In this document: positions 50,778-59,969 of the stretch, one piece after another | Layout of the letters: the number at the start of each line of letters is the position of its first letter | Position numbering within the stretch: position 1 is the first letter of the stretch | From: an uncultured Lachnospiraceae bacterium | Lineage (GTDB): Bacteria; Bacillota; Clostridia; Lachnospirales; Lachnospiraceae | DNA length: 64,000 nucleotides | Assembly: GCA_950097145.1 (NCBI GenBank) | Contig: CATNCF010000010.1 | Location: 536 to 64,535 of the forward strand | Direction: 5' to 3' | The notes under the pieces: generated by a model | Databases searched by the model: none | Told to the model about the DNA's origin: nothing | What the model saw: the letters and a program-made list of their open reading frames with translations, nothing else | Program-made: the position numbers and the translations under genes

Positions 50778-51650
50778 ATGAACATCTCAGAATATGAAAA
50801 TTCTCAGGAAACAAAATCCCATGGGCATGAGAACTTCCCCTTTAACATTTATCTGTGCAGCATCCCTCTGGATTTTACTCTGGTGCCTGCCCACTGGCAC
50901 AATGACATGGAAATTATTTATATAAAGAAAGGAAATGGCAGAATTTCTGTGGATCTTGTTCCTTATGAAGTATCTCAGGGAGATATTATCGTTGTGCTTC
51001 CTGGCCAGCTTCACGCCATTTACCAGTGTTTTGATGCTTCTATGGAATACGAGAATATCATCTTCCAGCTTTCTATGCTGATGGCCCCCCAGGGCGACTT
51101 TTGCACAGAAGAATTTTTCCAGCCGCTTATGCAGGGAAAAATGTTCTTTCAAAGCTGCTATACCACAGACTGTCCCAAACACCCTGCCCTCTCCAGATGC
51201 CTAAACGCCCTGGACGAAATCTGTAAAAACTTCTCCCCAGGGTTTCAGCTCGCTGTGAAAGCACAGCTCTTTTCCTTTTTTTATGAACTTGCCTCTTTTG
51301 CCAAGACCTCCACGCCCCATCGAACCCATAAATCACTGGGAAGGCTTAAGGACATATTGAAGTATGTAGAGACGAACTACCAGGATAAAATCTCTATCGC
51401 TGACGCTGCCGGAATCTGTGGCTTCAGCCAATCGCATTTTATGAAATTTTTCAAGAAAAGCATGTCTGTATCTTTTACAGACTATTTAAATGATTACCGT
51501 CTCACCATGGCCTCCAGGCTTCTCGTTTCCTCTGAGGATTCCGTCAGTAATATTGCCTCGGAAACCGGATTTGACAATCTTTCTTATTTTAACCGGATGT
51601 TTAAGAAGAAATACCAGTGTACACCCATGCAGTTCCGCTGCAAAAATTAG
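50778..51650 (+). CDS. AraC family transcriptional regulator (cupin + HTH)
   Basis: HWH--MEI cupin motif; C-terminal IASETGFDNLSYFNRMFKK; divergent from glgP. Confidence 0.93.
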   Translation: MNISEYENSQETKSHGHENFPFNIYLCSIPLDFTLVPAHWHNDMEIIYIKKGNGRISVDLVPYEVSQGDIIVVLPGQLHAIYQCFDASMEYENIIFQLSMLMAPQGDFCTEEFFQPLMQGKMFFQSCYTTDCPKHPALSRCLNALDEICKNFSPGFQLAVKAQLFSFFYELASFAKTSTPHRTHKSLGRLKDILKYVETNYQDKISIADAAGICGFSQSHFMKFFKKSMSVSFTDYLNDYRLTMASRLLVSSEDSVSNIASETGFDNLSYFNRMFKKKYQCTPMQFRCKN

Positions 51651-51688
51651 CTGGCTGTTTTATTTCCGTTTGATTGAAAGCGCCGCTG

Positions 51689-51892
51689 TTATGAAGAATT
51701 CTTTCGGATATCAATCAAACGGAATAAATCGTCATACAACTCTCCCCTATCTTCCAAATCAATCATCAGCCATTTCTGCCCGTTTCCTTCTCTGGTATAG
51801 ATATCCTGAAGTTCTGCCGCACATTCGGGTAATATTGCCTTAGCAGCCTCTCTTTCCTTTTTCCCTATGACAATCATAACTGTAAAATAAGG
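51689..51892 (-). pseudogene. 5'-truncated DUF3788-like gene fragment
   Basis: PYFTVMIVIGKKE...EGNGQKWLMIDLED...LIDIR; in-frame stop immediately upstream, no RBS. Confidence 0.55.
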
Positions 51893-52051
51893 TTATACCT
51901 TTCCAAAAATAATCGTGACAAAATTCATGACAAAAATAATTACTATTTTTGATAATACCACATGAACACCAGCCATAAATCAAAACAAAAAAGAACCGCC
52001 AACCCTTGATTCCTCTGGGAAATCCTCAAGTTCACGGCTCTTATCTATGAG

Positions 52052-52124
52052 AGCGATAGACGGGGCTCGAACCCGCGGTCTCGACCTTGGCAAGGTCGCG
52101 CGTTACCAACTACGCCACTATCGC
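52052..52124 (-). tRNA. tRNA-Gly (GCC)
   Basis: Cloverleaf GCGATAG acceptor stem, GACC-TT-GCC-AA-GGTC anticodon arm, GGTTCGAG T loop; promoter TTGACA-N17-TAGAAT (52161-52189). Confidence 0.96.
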
Positions 52125-52248
52125 ATACCTTATATATTATGTATCTCTCACACAAATAGAATTCTACTACACTTTTGTTGACTTGTCAATAGCATATTCC
52201 ATCTTTTTTTTCATATAATAGACCAAAGAGAAATTAAGGAGGAGTTCT

Positions 52249-52689
52249 GTGAGTTCCAAAACCAAAATCGTTGTTCTGCATTTAAAAGAACTGATCTATA
52301 CAGCAATCTTTGCAGTATTAGGAATCCTGCTGATTTTACTGCTGATTTTTATGTTCCTGCCAGACAACAAAGACAAAACCACAAAAGAAACCATGAAATA
52401 TACGGCGGGAGTATACACTTCCTCCATTCAGCTAAATGACAATGCCATCGATGTAGAAGTGATGGTGGACAGTACCCACATCAACTCCATCAGCCTGGTG
52501 AACCTGGACGAAACTACTGCTGCCATGTACCCGCTGATGCAGCCTGCACTGGATAACCTCAGTCAGCAGATTTACGAAAAACAGTCACTGGAAAATATCT
52601 CCTATGAGGAAGAGAACCAGTATACCTCTATGGTTTTGCTGAAAGCAATCCAGTCGGCGCTGGACAAAGCCAAATTCACAGAAGAATGA
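52249..52689 (+). CDS. Membrane-anchored hypothetical protein (FMN-binding-like C-terminus)
   Basis: GTG start with AAGGAGG RBS; one TM helix; Y--GVY...V-V-V...A--AL-KA pattern. Confidence 0.7.
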   Translation: MSSKTKIVVLHLKELIYTAIFAVLGILLILLLIFMFLPDNKDKTTKETMKYTAGVYTSSIQLNDNAIDVEVMVDSTHINSISLVNLDETTAAMYPLMQPALDNLSQQIYEKQSLENISYEEENQYTSMVLLKAIQSALDKAKFTEE

Positions 52690-52713
52690 TACATAGCTGT
52701 CTCTTTCAATGTT

Positions 52714-52805
52714 ATTACTCCGGCGGTTAAATATTGATTCATTTTACGCAGTATATGAAAATTTGCCCTGCGCAAGGTGCTTTGATATTTAACTGCCGGA
52801 GTGAT
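52714..52805 (+). repeat. 92-bp hairpin element, shortened relative of the 45023-45186 element
   Basis: Shares ATTACTnnGGCGGTTAAAT arm and ATTTTACGCAG interior; 24-bp stem. Confidence 0.7.
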
Positions 52806-52816
52806 CTCATGGCCTC

Positions 52817-53656
52817 CTACACTGCCATGATAATTCCTCCGTCACTGGCATACATGCTGCTAATGCCCGCCGTATCTAGTACAAACACCTCTTTAAAATT
52901 CCCCATCTGCTTTACCTTAGCTGCAGCCTCTTTCGCCCGTTTCGGTGCATTGCAGTGAGAAATGGCAAAAATTTTCTCTTGCGGATTCCTGGTTTTTTCC
53001 ACCAGGTCCGTAATCATTTTATCTATGGCTCGCGCCATTCCTCTTGCCTGGCTTAACTGACAGATGGAACCCTCCGGGGTTGCGCCCATCACCGGCTTAA
53101 TGTTCAGTGCACTGGCCACAAATGCTTTCATACTACTAAGCCTTCCATTTTTGCGGAGTGTCTCTAACGTTTCAAGTACAAAGGAGGTATTCATCCCTTC
53201 AATGTAAGCTTCCACACGTTTCACAATCTCTTGGAAAGAAAGCCTCTCTTCTTCGTATTCCCTGATTTTCATAGCAATCAGAGTCTGCCCTACCGATGCC
53301 GATTTCGAGTCAAATACATAAATATCTTTCTCGCCTTTCTCTTCCAGGTATAATTTTCTGCCAAGCTGCGCACTATTGCAGGAACCGCTGAGCTGTGCGG
53401 AAAGCGTCACTGCATAGACATGTTCCGCATCACAGTCATAGGCTTCCATATACCGTTCAGGAGAAGGGCAGGTGGATTTCGGGCAATTGGGGCTTTCCCG
53501 TACCCTCCGCAAAAACTCTGCCTGATCAAAAGACGCATCGTCAATCATTTGGTAATCATCTACAAATATTTCCAAAGGCACCGACTCAAAATGTCCGTCT
53601 CCTTTTAACTTCTCCGGCAATTCTCCGCAACTGTCCACAACAATCTTATAACTCAT
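52817..53656 (-). CDS. DegV family fatty-acid-binding protein
   Basis: IVVDSC, PKSTCPS, LSAQLSGS, FDSKS, LRKNGRL, LNIKP. Confidence 0.92.
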   Translation of the reverse strand: MSYKIVVDSCGELPEKLKGDGHFESVPLEIFVDDYQMIDDASFDQAEFLRRVRESPNCPKSTCPSPERYMEAYDCDAEHVYAVTLSAQLSGSCNSAQLGRKLYLEEKGEKDIYVFDSKSASVGQTLIAMKIREYEEERLSFQEIVKRVEAYIEGMNTSFVLETLETLRKNGRLSSMKAFVASALNIKPVMGATPEGSICQLSQARGMARAIDKMITDLVEKTRNPQEKIFAISHCNAPKRAKEAAAKVKQMGNFKEVFVLDTAGISSMYASDGGIIMAV

Positions 53657-53840
53657 GTTCTTCCTCCTGAATATTTCTGCAATATAAATCCTGATATATT
53701 CTTACTCATCTTCTGTATATAGTATTCTTCTTTGCTATATTTGATTTTCAAAATAACTTCACAAACTACACATCATTATTTTACATAGTTTTAAATACCA
53801 CTTAATACTAGCATAAATATCCAGATTTGAAAAGCCTTTT

Positions 53841-55103
53841 TTATTCCTGGTCAAAACAAAAACTAATTTCTTTCCAAAGACTGTCCTCGATATAATTAAT
53901 CTGCGTTATCCCACCGCAGTAATCTCTAATGTGCCCATCCTGTATGAAATACTGAAATGCCTGCTCCTTTAAGCTGTCATCAGAAAAACGAAGAGTTACC
54001 ACCTGCTGGTGTTCCCATGCCTGGGAAAGTTTGCCGCCAATGAAATCCAAATCCCATTCTTCTATATAGTTTCCTTCTTTTATATAGTAATTATTCAGCA
54101 CTGCATTACATTCCGGCAGCTTTAGTTCTGAATCTGGCTGGTGTCCCATCTGCAGTTCCGCAGTAGTCATGGCCATGTAATTATAATCAATAAACGACGT
54201 CTCCCTTCCTTCTTGATTGCGGTATCCATTATTGCCCCATGTGGCGTCCATATAATAATATTCTCCATCCAGACGGATCAGGTTCCATGCATGGGGTTCT
54301 CCCCGGGCTGTACCCGACACAATGGCGCTCTCAATGCCTAACTGTCCAAGAAGATACTGGACTGCACACGCATAACCCTGACATACTGTTTCTTGGCGTA
54401 AAAATACACTCACAATGTTCTGGCTGTCCTCGGCATTCTCCACATACTCTGTGTTTAAAGCCAGCAGCTCATAGACATACTTCGCTTTATCATAATCGGT
54501 ATCATTAATGGAAATACCAGCAAGCCATGCTTCCACAATTCCATCAATCTGCTTCTGAAGTTCCAGCCGCTGTTCCTTTGTCATCGTATATTTTGGGGAA
54601 AATTCCAGGCTCATTAGTTCCTCCCCCTTGGTATATCGGGTAAACACATACCCATCCACCCAGAACAGCCCTCCGTAATCACTGCAGACCGCCTTATAAG
54701 CGCGCTGCATCAATTCCGTATCCGTAGTAGAAATCTGTACATCTTTTTCCTGGTCCAGAATCGCAGACAGCATCTCATCATAGACAGTCTGTCCCGCACT
54801 GTCAAGCTGCTGATAGGCATATTTCTCCAGAGAAATCCGTTCTGGAGGCAGCTCCTCCTGGTTCTTTGTCTCCAGGTTCTCTGCCGGCTGTTGGTTCTGG
54901 CTCTCCAAAATATCTTCTGATTGTTGGTTTTGACCCTCCAAAACACCCTCTGACTGATGATTCTGGAAAAAATAGTTAGATACATCCATCTGGGAACAGC
55001 CAGCGCCAAAACTCCACATCAAAACAAACGTTAAAGACGCCGCTAATCTTGTATGGATTTTTTTCTTGGGATTTTTTCCAGTAATCCTTTTCTTCCATTC
55101 CAT
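53841..55103 (-). CDS. Transglutaminase-like domain protein, probable lipoprotein
   Basis: VCQGYA, HAWN, MDATW Cys-His-Asp triad; GAGC lipobox-like motif. Confidence 0.85.
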   Translation of the reverse strand: MEWKKRITGKNPKKKIHTRLAASLTFVLMWSFGAGCSQMDVSNYFFQNHQSEGVLEGQNQQSEDILESQNQQPAENLETKNQEELPPERISLEKYAYQQLDSAGQTVYDEMLSAILDQEKDVQISTTDTELMQRAYKAVCSDYGGLFWVDGYVFTRYTKGEELMSLEFSPKYTMTKEQRLELQKQIDGIVEAWLAGISINDTDYDKAKYVYELLALNTEYVENAEDSQNIVSVFLRQETVCQGYACAVQYLLGQLGIESAIVSGTARGEPHAWNLIRLDGEYYYMDATWGNNGYRNQEGRETSFIDYNYMAMTTAELQMGHQPDSELKLPECNAVLNNYYIKEGNYIEEWDLDFIGGKLSQAWEHQQVVTLRFSDDSLKEQAFQYFIQDGHIRDYCGGITQINYIEDSLWKEISFCFDQE

Positions 55104-55116
55104 AAAATACCTCATT

Positions 55117-56397
55117 CTATATTCGAAAATATGCACAGATCAGATCTGTCAAAGCTTTCATATCTCTGGTTCCCATAGTCTCTACCGCCGAATGCATGGC
55201 AAGCAGCGGGATTCCTACATCCACCGTTTTCACAGGAAGAAAGCTTGAAGCTATAGTTCCCAGCGTACCGCCCCCCGGCATATCAGAACGATTCACAAAT
55301 TTCTGATATGGAATATTTTCTTTTCTGCAGATCTGTTCTATCACTGCTACGGCTTCACAGTCTGTAGCATAAGACTGGGAACTTGCTTCCTTAATACACA
55401 ATCCGCGCCCCAGAACTGGTTTGTTGGTAATATCCATTTTCCCCATTTTATTGGGATGCAGGCCGTGGGCCACATCTACTGACAGGAAAAATGCATGATA
55501 CAAACATTCCGCCCACTGCGCTGGTGTTTTTCCAAAGCATTCCAGTATATGGTGCAAAAGATTAACGAGCAGCATAGAACCCGCCCCCTGCTTGGTACGG
55601 CTGCCTACTTCTTCATGATCAAACAATGCGATTACATTGATACCCTTCTGCCTGCGGCTCTCTATGATTCCTGTCAGTAAAGACTGTACGGAGGTGAGAT
55701 TATCAAGCCGCGGAGAGAGAATCAATTCTCCGCTTATCCCTGCATATCTGGGGCTCTCTTGACAGTAGACCCACAATTCATAATCCAAAATATTCTCTAT
55801 CTTACAGTCAAGTTCCTTAGCCAGAAAATGAAGAAAGGGCTGCTCCTTCTCCTCACTGACAAGCCCAAACACAGGCAGAAGATCGGTCTGCTTATTTAAT
55901 TCTATTCCTTTATTAACATCACGATTCATATGCACAGCAAGATTTGGAATGACTCCCAGCGTCCGTTCCACTGAAATGGGGCGAATCTTTGGATGCATCA
56001 CATCACTGCCTGCAAGAGCCACACGTCCGGAAATGCTTAAGGGACGATCCAGCCATGTATTTAAAATAGCTCCCCCATATACTTCTACATTTACCTGGGC
56101 ATATCCCCCTGCCTCCACATCCGGGCTGGGTTTGATCCGAAGGCATGGAAAATCCGTATGGGCCGCTGCAATTCGCATGGCGTCTAATCCCGCCTGCCTG
56201 CCGATGGTAAACGCAAACAATGTGGTATCGTGGTGTTTTACATAATATTTTCCATCTTCTGAAATACTCCATGGCCGCCCAAATCCTAATTCTTGAAAAC
56301 CTGCTGCTAAAAGCTGTTCCTCTGCTTCCTTTACCACCAGAACTGCACTGGTTCCCCTTTCCAGTAAATGAAATAATGCTTCTTCTGACTGTTCCAT
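55117..56397 (-). CDS. apeB: M18 family aminopeptidase
   Basis: AHTDFP, YGG----WLDRPL, RLDNL, DHEEVGS, DVAH, AMHS. Confidence 0.9.
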   Translation of the reverse strand: MEQSEEALFHLLERGTSAVLVVKEAEEQLLAAGFQELGFGRPWSISEDGKYYVKHHDTTLFAFTIGRQAGLDAMRIAAAHTDFPCLRIKPSPDVEAGGYAQVNVEVYGGAILNTWLDRPLSISGRVALAGSDVMHPKIRPISVERTLGVIPNLAVHMNRDVNKGIELNKQTDLLPVFGLVSEEKEQPFLHFLAKELDCKIENILDYELWVYCQESPRYAGISGELILSPRLDNLTSVQSLLTGIIESRRQKGINVIALFDHEEVGSRTKQGAGSMLLVNLLHHILECFGKTPAQWAECLYHAFFLSVDVAHGLHPNKMGKMDITNKPVLGRGLCIKEASSQSYATDCEAVAVIEQICRKENIPYQKFVNRSDMPGGGTLGTIASSFLPVKTVDVGIPLLAMHSAVETMGTRDMKALTDLICAYFRI

Positions 56398-56593
56398 GCT
56401 CTGCCTCCTGTTTGATTCGATAAACTGTATCTGTTTTGATTACTATCTCCCACTACTATACTATAAATACATAGGTTTTACCAGTATTGAAAAATGGAAT
56501 TGAATGCCATCCAAAAATCTGTTAAGATAAAATCATTATCATAAATCTGCTGAAAATTATAATGATTTTCACAGCAAAAATCTGGAGGTACTT

Positions 56594-57100
56594 ATGACAG
56601 CATTAGCCATTTTAAATATAAAAGAATTTATGCATATTTTACTGCGCACGGACACTTTTGACAGCTTCCTTCTGGCAGAAGGTTCCATCACTACCTACAT
56701 AACATTTGTCCTGGACGGACACTGCCACAGAGATTTTTTCAGTCCTGAAGACGAAGCTTACGAAAAAATCATAGAAGAAGAACACATCCCTTTTTCTCTG
56801 GTCCGCCCTGCCTGCTTTGAACTGATAAAAGGAAAACGCACCCCCTCCTCCTTCAAATTTGTATTTCAGCTATCCAGAGAAAACCTGGCGCGCACCCTGG
56901 CGTCTCTCGACCATTCTCTCTCTATGGGAGATGTTTCAGGAATGTATTTGAATCTCATTTACCAAAATCAACAGCTCACCTGTACCACAGGCGTTTCCCG
57001 CCGCACCTTTTCCATGGACAAGTCCCTGGAACATGCCTGGGATGAAATGATAAAACGCTTTCTGAAAAATCATAAAATTCCTTTTGAACCACTTGTATGA
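56594..57100 (+). CDS. Conserved hypothetical protein (DUF5721-like)
   Basis: GGAGG RBS; FD-FLL-E, IKGKRTP, W-E pattern recalled from Lachnospiraceae hypotheticals. Confidence 0.7.
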   Translation: MTALAILNIKEFMHILLRTDTFDSFLLAEGSITTYITFVLDGHCHRDFFSPEDEAYEKIIEEEHIPFSLVRPACFELIKGKRTPSSFKFVFQLSRENLARTLASLDHSLSMGDVSGMYLNLIYQNQQLTCTTGVSRRTFSMDKSLEHAWDEMIKRFLKNHKIPFEPLV

Positions 57101-57239
57101 TCGCAATTTTATCCACTTAATCCTCTTAAAACATGGGGATTTCACAAATTCCGCAAATTTTCCTTTACTTCTTGGAGAGAATGTGCTATCCTAAATTCAT
57201 GTCACAAAGTGACATAGATTATATATTGGAGGTACTGAC

Positions 57240-57440
57240 ATGCAAGGTACAGTAAAATGGTTTAATAACCAAAAGGGATATGGCTTCATCTCTGATGAAT
57301 CTGGAAACGACGTATTTGTTCATTATTCTGGATTAAATATGGAGGGCTTCAAATCCTTAGAAGAAGGCGCTGCAGTTGAATTTGACGTAACCGAAGGTTC
57401 CAAGGGACCTCAGGCTGTTAATGTAACTGTCGTTCGCTAA
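57240..57440 (+). CDS. Cold-shock protein (CspA family)
   Basis: [24 protein letters not shown]. Confidence 0.97.
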   Translation: MQGTVKWFNNQKGYGFISDESGNDVFVHYSGLNMEGFKSLEEGAAVEFDVTEGSKGPQAVNVTVVR

Positions 57441-57530
57441 TTTCATCAGGTTCTCAATGTACCTTTGTCTGAATATAGAATTTCGATTTTTTATTAAGAT
57501 ATAAGATATTTGAAGAAACGCAGGTGATTG

Positions 57531-57557
57531 CAAAAAGCTGCCAATGGCAGCTTTTTG
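57531..57557. terminator. Bidirectional terminator
   Basis: CAAAAAGCTGCC-aat-GGCAGCTTTTTG. Confidence 0.85.
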
Positions 57558-57642
57558 TTATTTCATAATATGCGCACTGGCACAAGAGGAATGTAATTGC
57601 ACACTTTACTCTCTATTGCCAACTAATTGTCAGTTTCATACC

Positions 57643-58095
57643 TTATCTGTTTCTGCACTTCCATATCAGTATCATTCCGCCCAGGAAAATGCATAGGTCT
57701 GAAATATTAAAAATAATCCGGTTCAGCCGGTTCCAGGGCGTATGAAAACTAAAATAATCCACCACATAACCCCTGAAAATTCTATCATAGTAATTGCTGG
57801 CGCCGCCTCCCAGAAGAAGGCTCAAGCCCAGAATCGTCCCAAAATTTTCCTTCTTTCTCACAAGAATGAACCAGAATATTCCCAATATCAGCAGCATAAT
57901 TCCACAAGCTGCCTTGAATGTTCCCTGACATTTCTTTAAAATATTCAGCGCTGTACCTGGATTATGGTATCTGCGCAGTAAAATTCTGCCTTTACAGATT
58001 TCTCGCTCCTCTCCCAGGTTTAAATGCTTCTCCATATAGTTTTTTAGAAAAAAGTCCCCTCCAAATATGGTTAAAATCACTGCTGTGTATTTCAT
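57643..58095 (-). CDS. lspA: Signal peptidase II
   Basis: HNPG-A, GGASN--DR, VVDY, FNISD catalytic aspartate motifs. Confidence 0.85.
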   Translation of the reverse strand: MKYTAVILTIFGGDFFLKNYMEKHLNLGEEREICKGRILLRRYHNPGTALNILKKCQGTFKAACGIMLLILGIFWFILVRKKENFGTILGLSLLLGGGASNYYDRIFRGYVVDYFSFHTPWNRLNRIIFNISDLCIFLGGMILIWKCRNR

Positions 58096-58199
58096 TCCCT
58101 GCTTCCTCCTGACGCTTACTCTTAGCTTTATGTATTTCCCATTCTACCACATTCACTCTCTCTGGTAAATATTTTCTGACAACTCTTCCGGCAACAAAT

Positions 58200-59882
58200 T
58201 TACCGAATCCTGATTTCTTCAAATGCACGGTACAGATTCAGTCTGCCCCATCCATATGCCCGATCTGGATAGGTACGTTTTGGATCACGTTCTGCGCTTC
58301 GAATCAGCATATTCTTAATATCTACACCTGAAATCGCAGAATAGTTTCCCCGGACAATGCCCCATTCCATCATAAGGGCCACCGCCCCTGCAGTGACTGC
58401 CGAAGCCGCGCTGGTACCGCTTCTTGTGACAAACATATCTCCCGGCGCCGCGCCAAACACTTCTACCCCCGGCGCCACAAAATTTGGCTTTATCGTACCA
58501 TCCGCTGCAAATCCTCTGCCTGACCTGAGGTAAATACTGTTATCCCTGACATCATAAGCGCCTACCGTCATAGGAACTACGGCGGCAGAAGGCACCGTAA
58601 TGGTAGTATCCGGGTTGGACCGCACAAAAAAGACCTCTCCCGTAAGAAACTCTTCCAGCGGCAGCCACATATGGAAGGAATGCCCAATTTGCCCTTCCTG
58701 GTATACCCGGATATTCCACAACCCCTGAGTGGGTTTTTCAAAACGGATATAAATCACCTGAGAACCGTCCAGAATTCCTAAAATCCGGTAATCCACAGAT
58801 ACCTTAGTATCCTCAAATAAAAAGCTATATTCCCGTCCCCCAGAAAGAATATATTCACTGGGCATCCGTTCTCCCGTGGGAGAAATGATATCCACCAAAA
58901 ACCGCTGGGGAGCCTGCGCCCACATTTCCACATAAAATCCCTGTACGCCCGCGCCAACGTTGATTTCCACATTACGTATGGTTTCTTCCTCTTCCAATTC
59001 TCCCAGGAAATGATGGCGGGAATTGCCCTCATTCCCAGCTGCCACTACTACGGCGTGTTCCTTGTACAAAGCCATAAAATTCAACATGGTGGACAAAGGG
59101 CTGATTCCGGTGTGGCTGCCAAGATCTGTTCCAAGGCCTACGCAGATTACAAGAGGCATATGACGTTCCTTCGCAAGCCTGCTTAAATATTCCACTCCTG
59201 CCATAATATCATTTTCCTGATATGCCGTTGCATCTGGATTGATAAAATAGAACTCTCTCAAATATTCCTTTGCCGGTTTCAGCTTCACCATTGCAATCTT
59301 ACAATAAGGGGCCGTCCCTGAAAAATTTTTTTCCGGTATTTCACTTCCTGCCGCCACGCTTGCCATATAGGTTCCATGCCCATCTTCATCGGTGACTGGA
59401 ACAATATCTCTGGGTTTGTCACAATTTAATGCGCGATTAATTTTTTCATCCTGGTATTCTGTTCCATAAAGAAACCCCTCAGGCGGTGTTCCGCTTCGGT
59501 CGGTCTGATCCCAGATCGCGGCAATTCTGGTACTGCCGTCGGTGTTTCGGAACACCTGGCTCACGTAATCGATCCCAGAATCCAAAAATCCAATCAGCAC
59601 CCCCTGTCCTTTCAATCCCAAAGTCGGCTGATTCTGCAGCCTTAGAATACCGCTTACCTCCAAAGCGCTCTCATCCATAGGTGCATAACATCCCGGAATC
59701 GAATTAAAGCTATAATTTTTGATACTTAAAGGAGGATTTCCCTCTCTTGGAAGATAGAGTATGCTAAAATTATCATTCAATTTCTGTACACAAGAATCTG
59801 CCGGTTCTCTGGTGGCTTCCAGAATGTAGTCCATAATTATATCATAGTAATCATTTGAATAGACAGCTTCTTCACAATCCAT
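58200..59882 (-). CDS. S8 subtilisin-like peptidase, clostridial germination Csp type
   Basis: Intact triad: FLDSGID, GHGT, SGTSAAS; IWDQT, AAGNEG, jelly-roll insertion; no signal peptide. Confidence 0.88.
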   Translation of the reverse strand: MDCEEAVYSNDYYDIIMDYILEATREPADSCVQKLNDNFSILYLPREGNPPLSIKNYSFNSIPGCYAPMDESALEVSGILRLQNQPTLGLKGQGVLIGFLDSGIDYVSQVFRNTDGSTRIAAIWDQTDRSGTPPEGFLYGTEYQDEKINRALNCDKPRDIVPVTDEDGHGTYMASVAAGSEIPEKNFSGTAPYCKIAMVKLKPAKEYLREFYFINPDATAYQENDIMAGVEYLSRLAKERHMPLVICVGLGTDLGSHTGISPLSTMLNFMALYKEHAVVVAAGNEGNSRHHFLGELEEEETIRNVEINVGAGVQGFYVEMWAQAPQRFLVDIISPTGERMPSEYILSGGREYSFLFEDTKVSVDYRILGILDGSQVIYIRFEKPTQGLWNIRVYQEGQIGHSFHMWLPLEEFLTGEVFFVRSNPDTTITVPSAAVVPMTVGAYDVRDNSIYLRSGRGFAADGTIKPNFVAPGVEVFGAAPGDMFVTRSGTSAASAVTAGAVALMMEWGIVRGNYSAISGVDIKNMLIRSAERDPKRTYPDRAYGWGRLNLYRAFEEIRIR

Positions 59883-59915
59883 ATTACTACTCTTTCTTTT
59901 TTTATCAGCATATGC

Positions 59916-59949
59916 CAAAAAAGAGGATTCCATGAACGGAATCCTCTTT
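59916..59949 (-). terminator. Terminator after the GH51 gene
   Basis: AAAGAGGATTCC-atgaac-GGAATCCTCTTT stem with a T-run on the minus strand. Confidence 0.8.
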
Positions 59950-59969
59950 CTGTAAGCAGCATACTTCTG

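Noticed and set aside
58200-59882. Csp protease as a catalytically dead CspC-type germinant receptor
   Set aside because: The Asp, His and Ser triad motifs are all intact.
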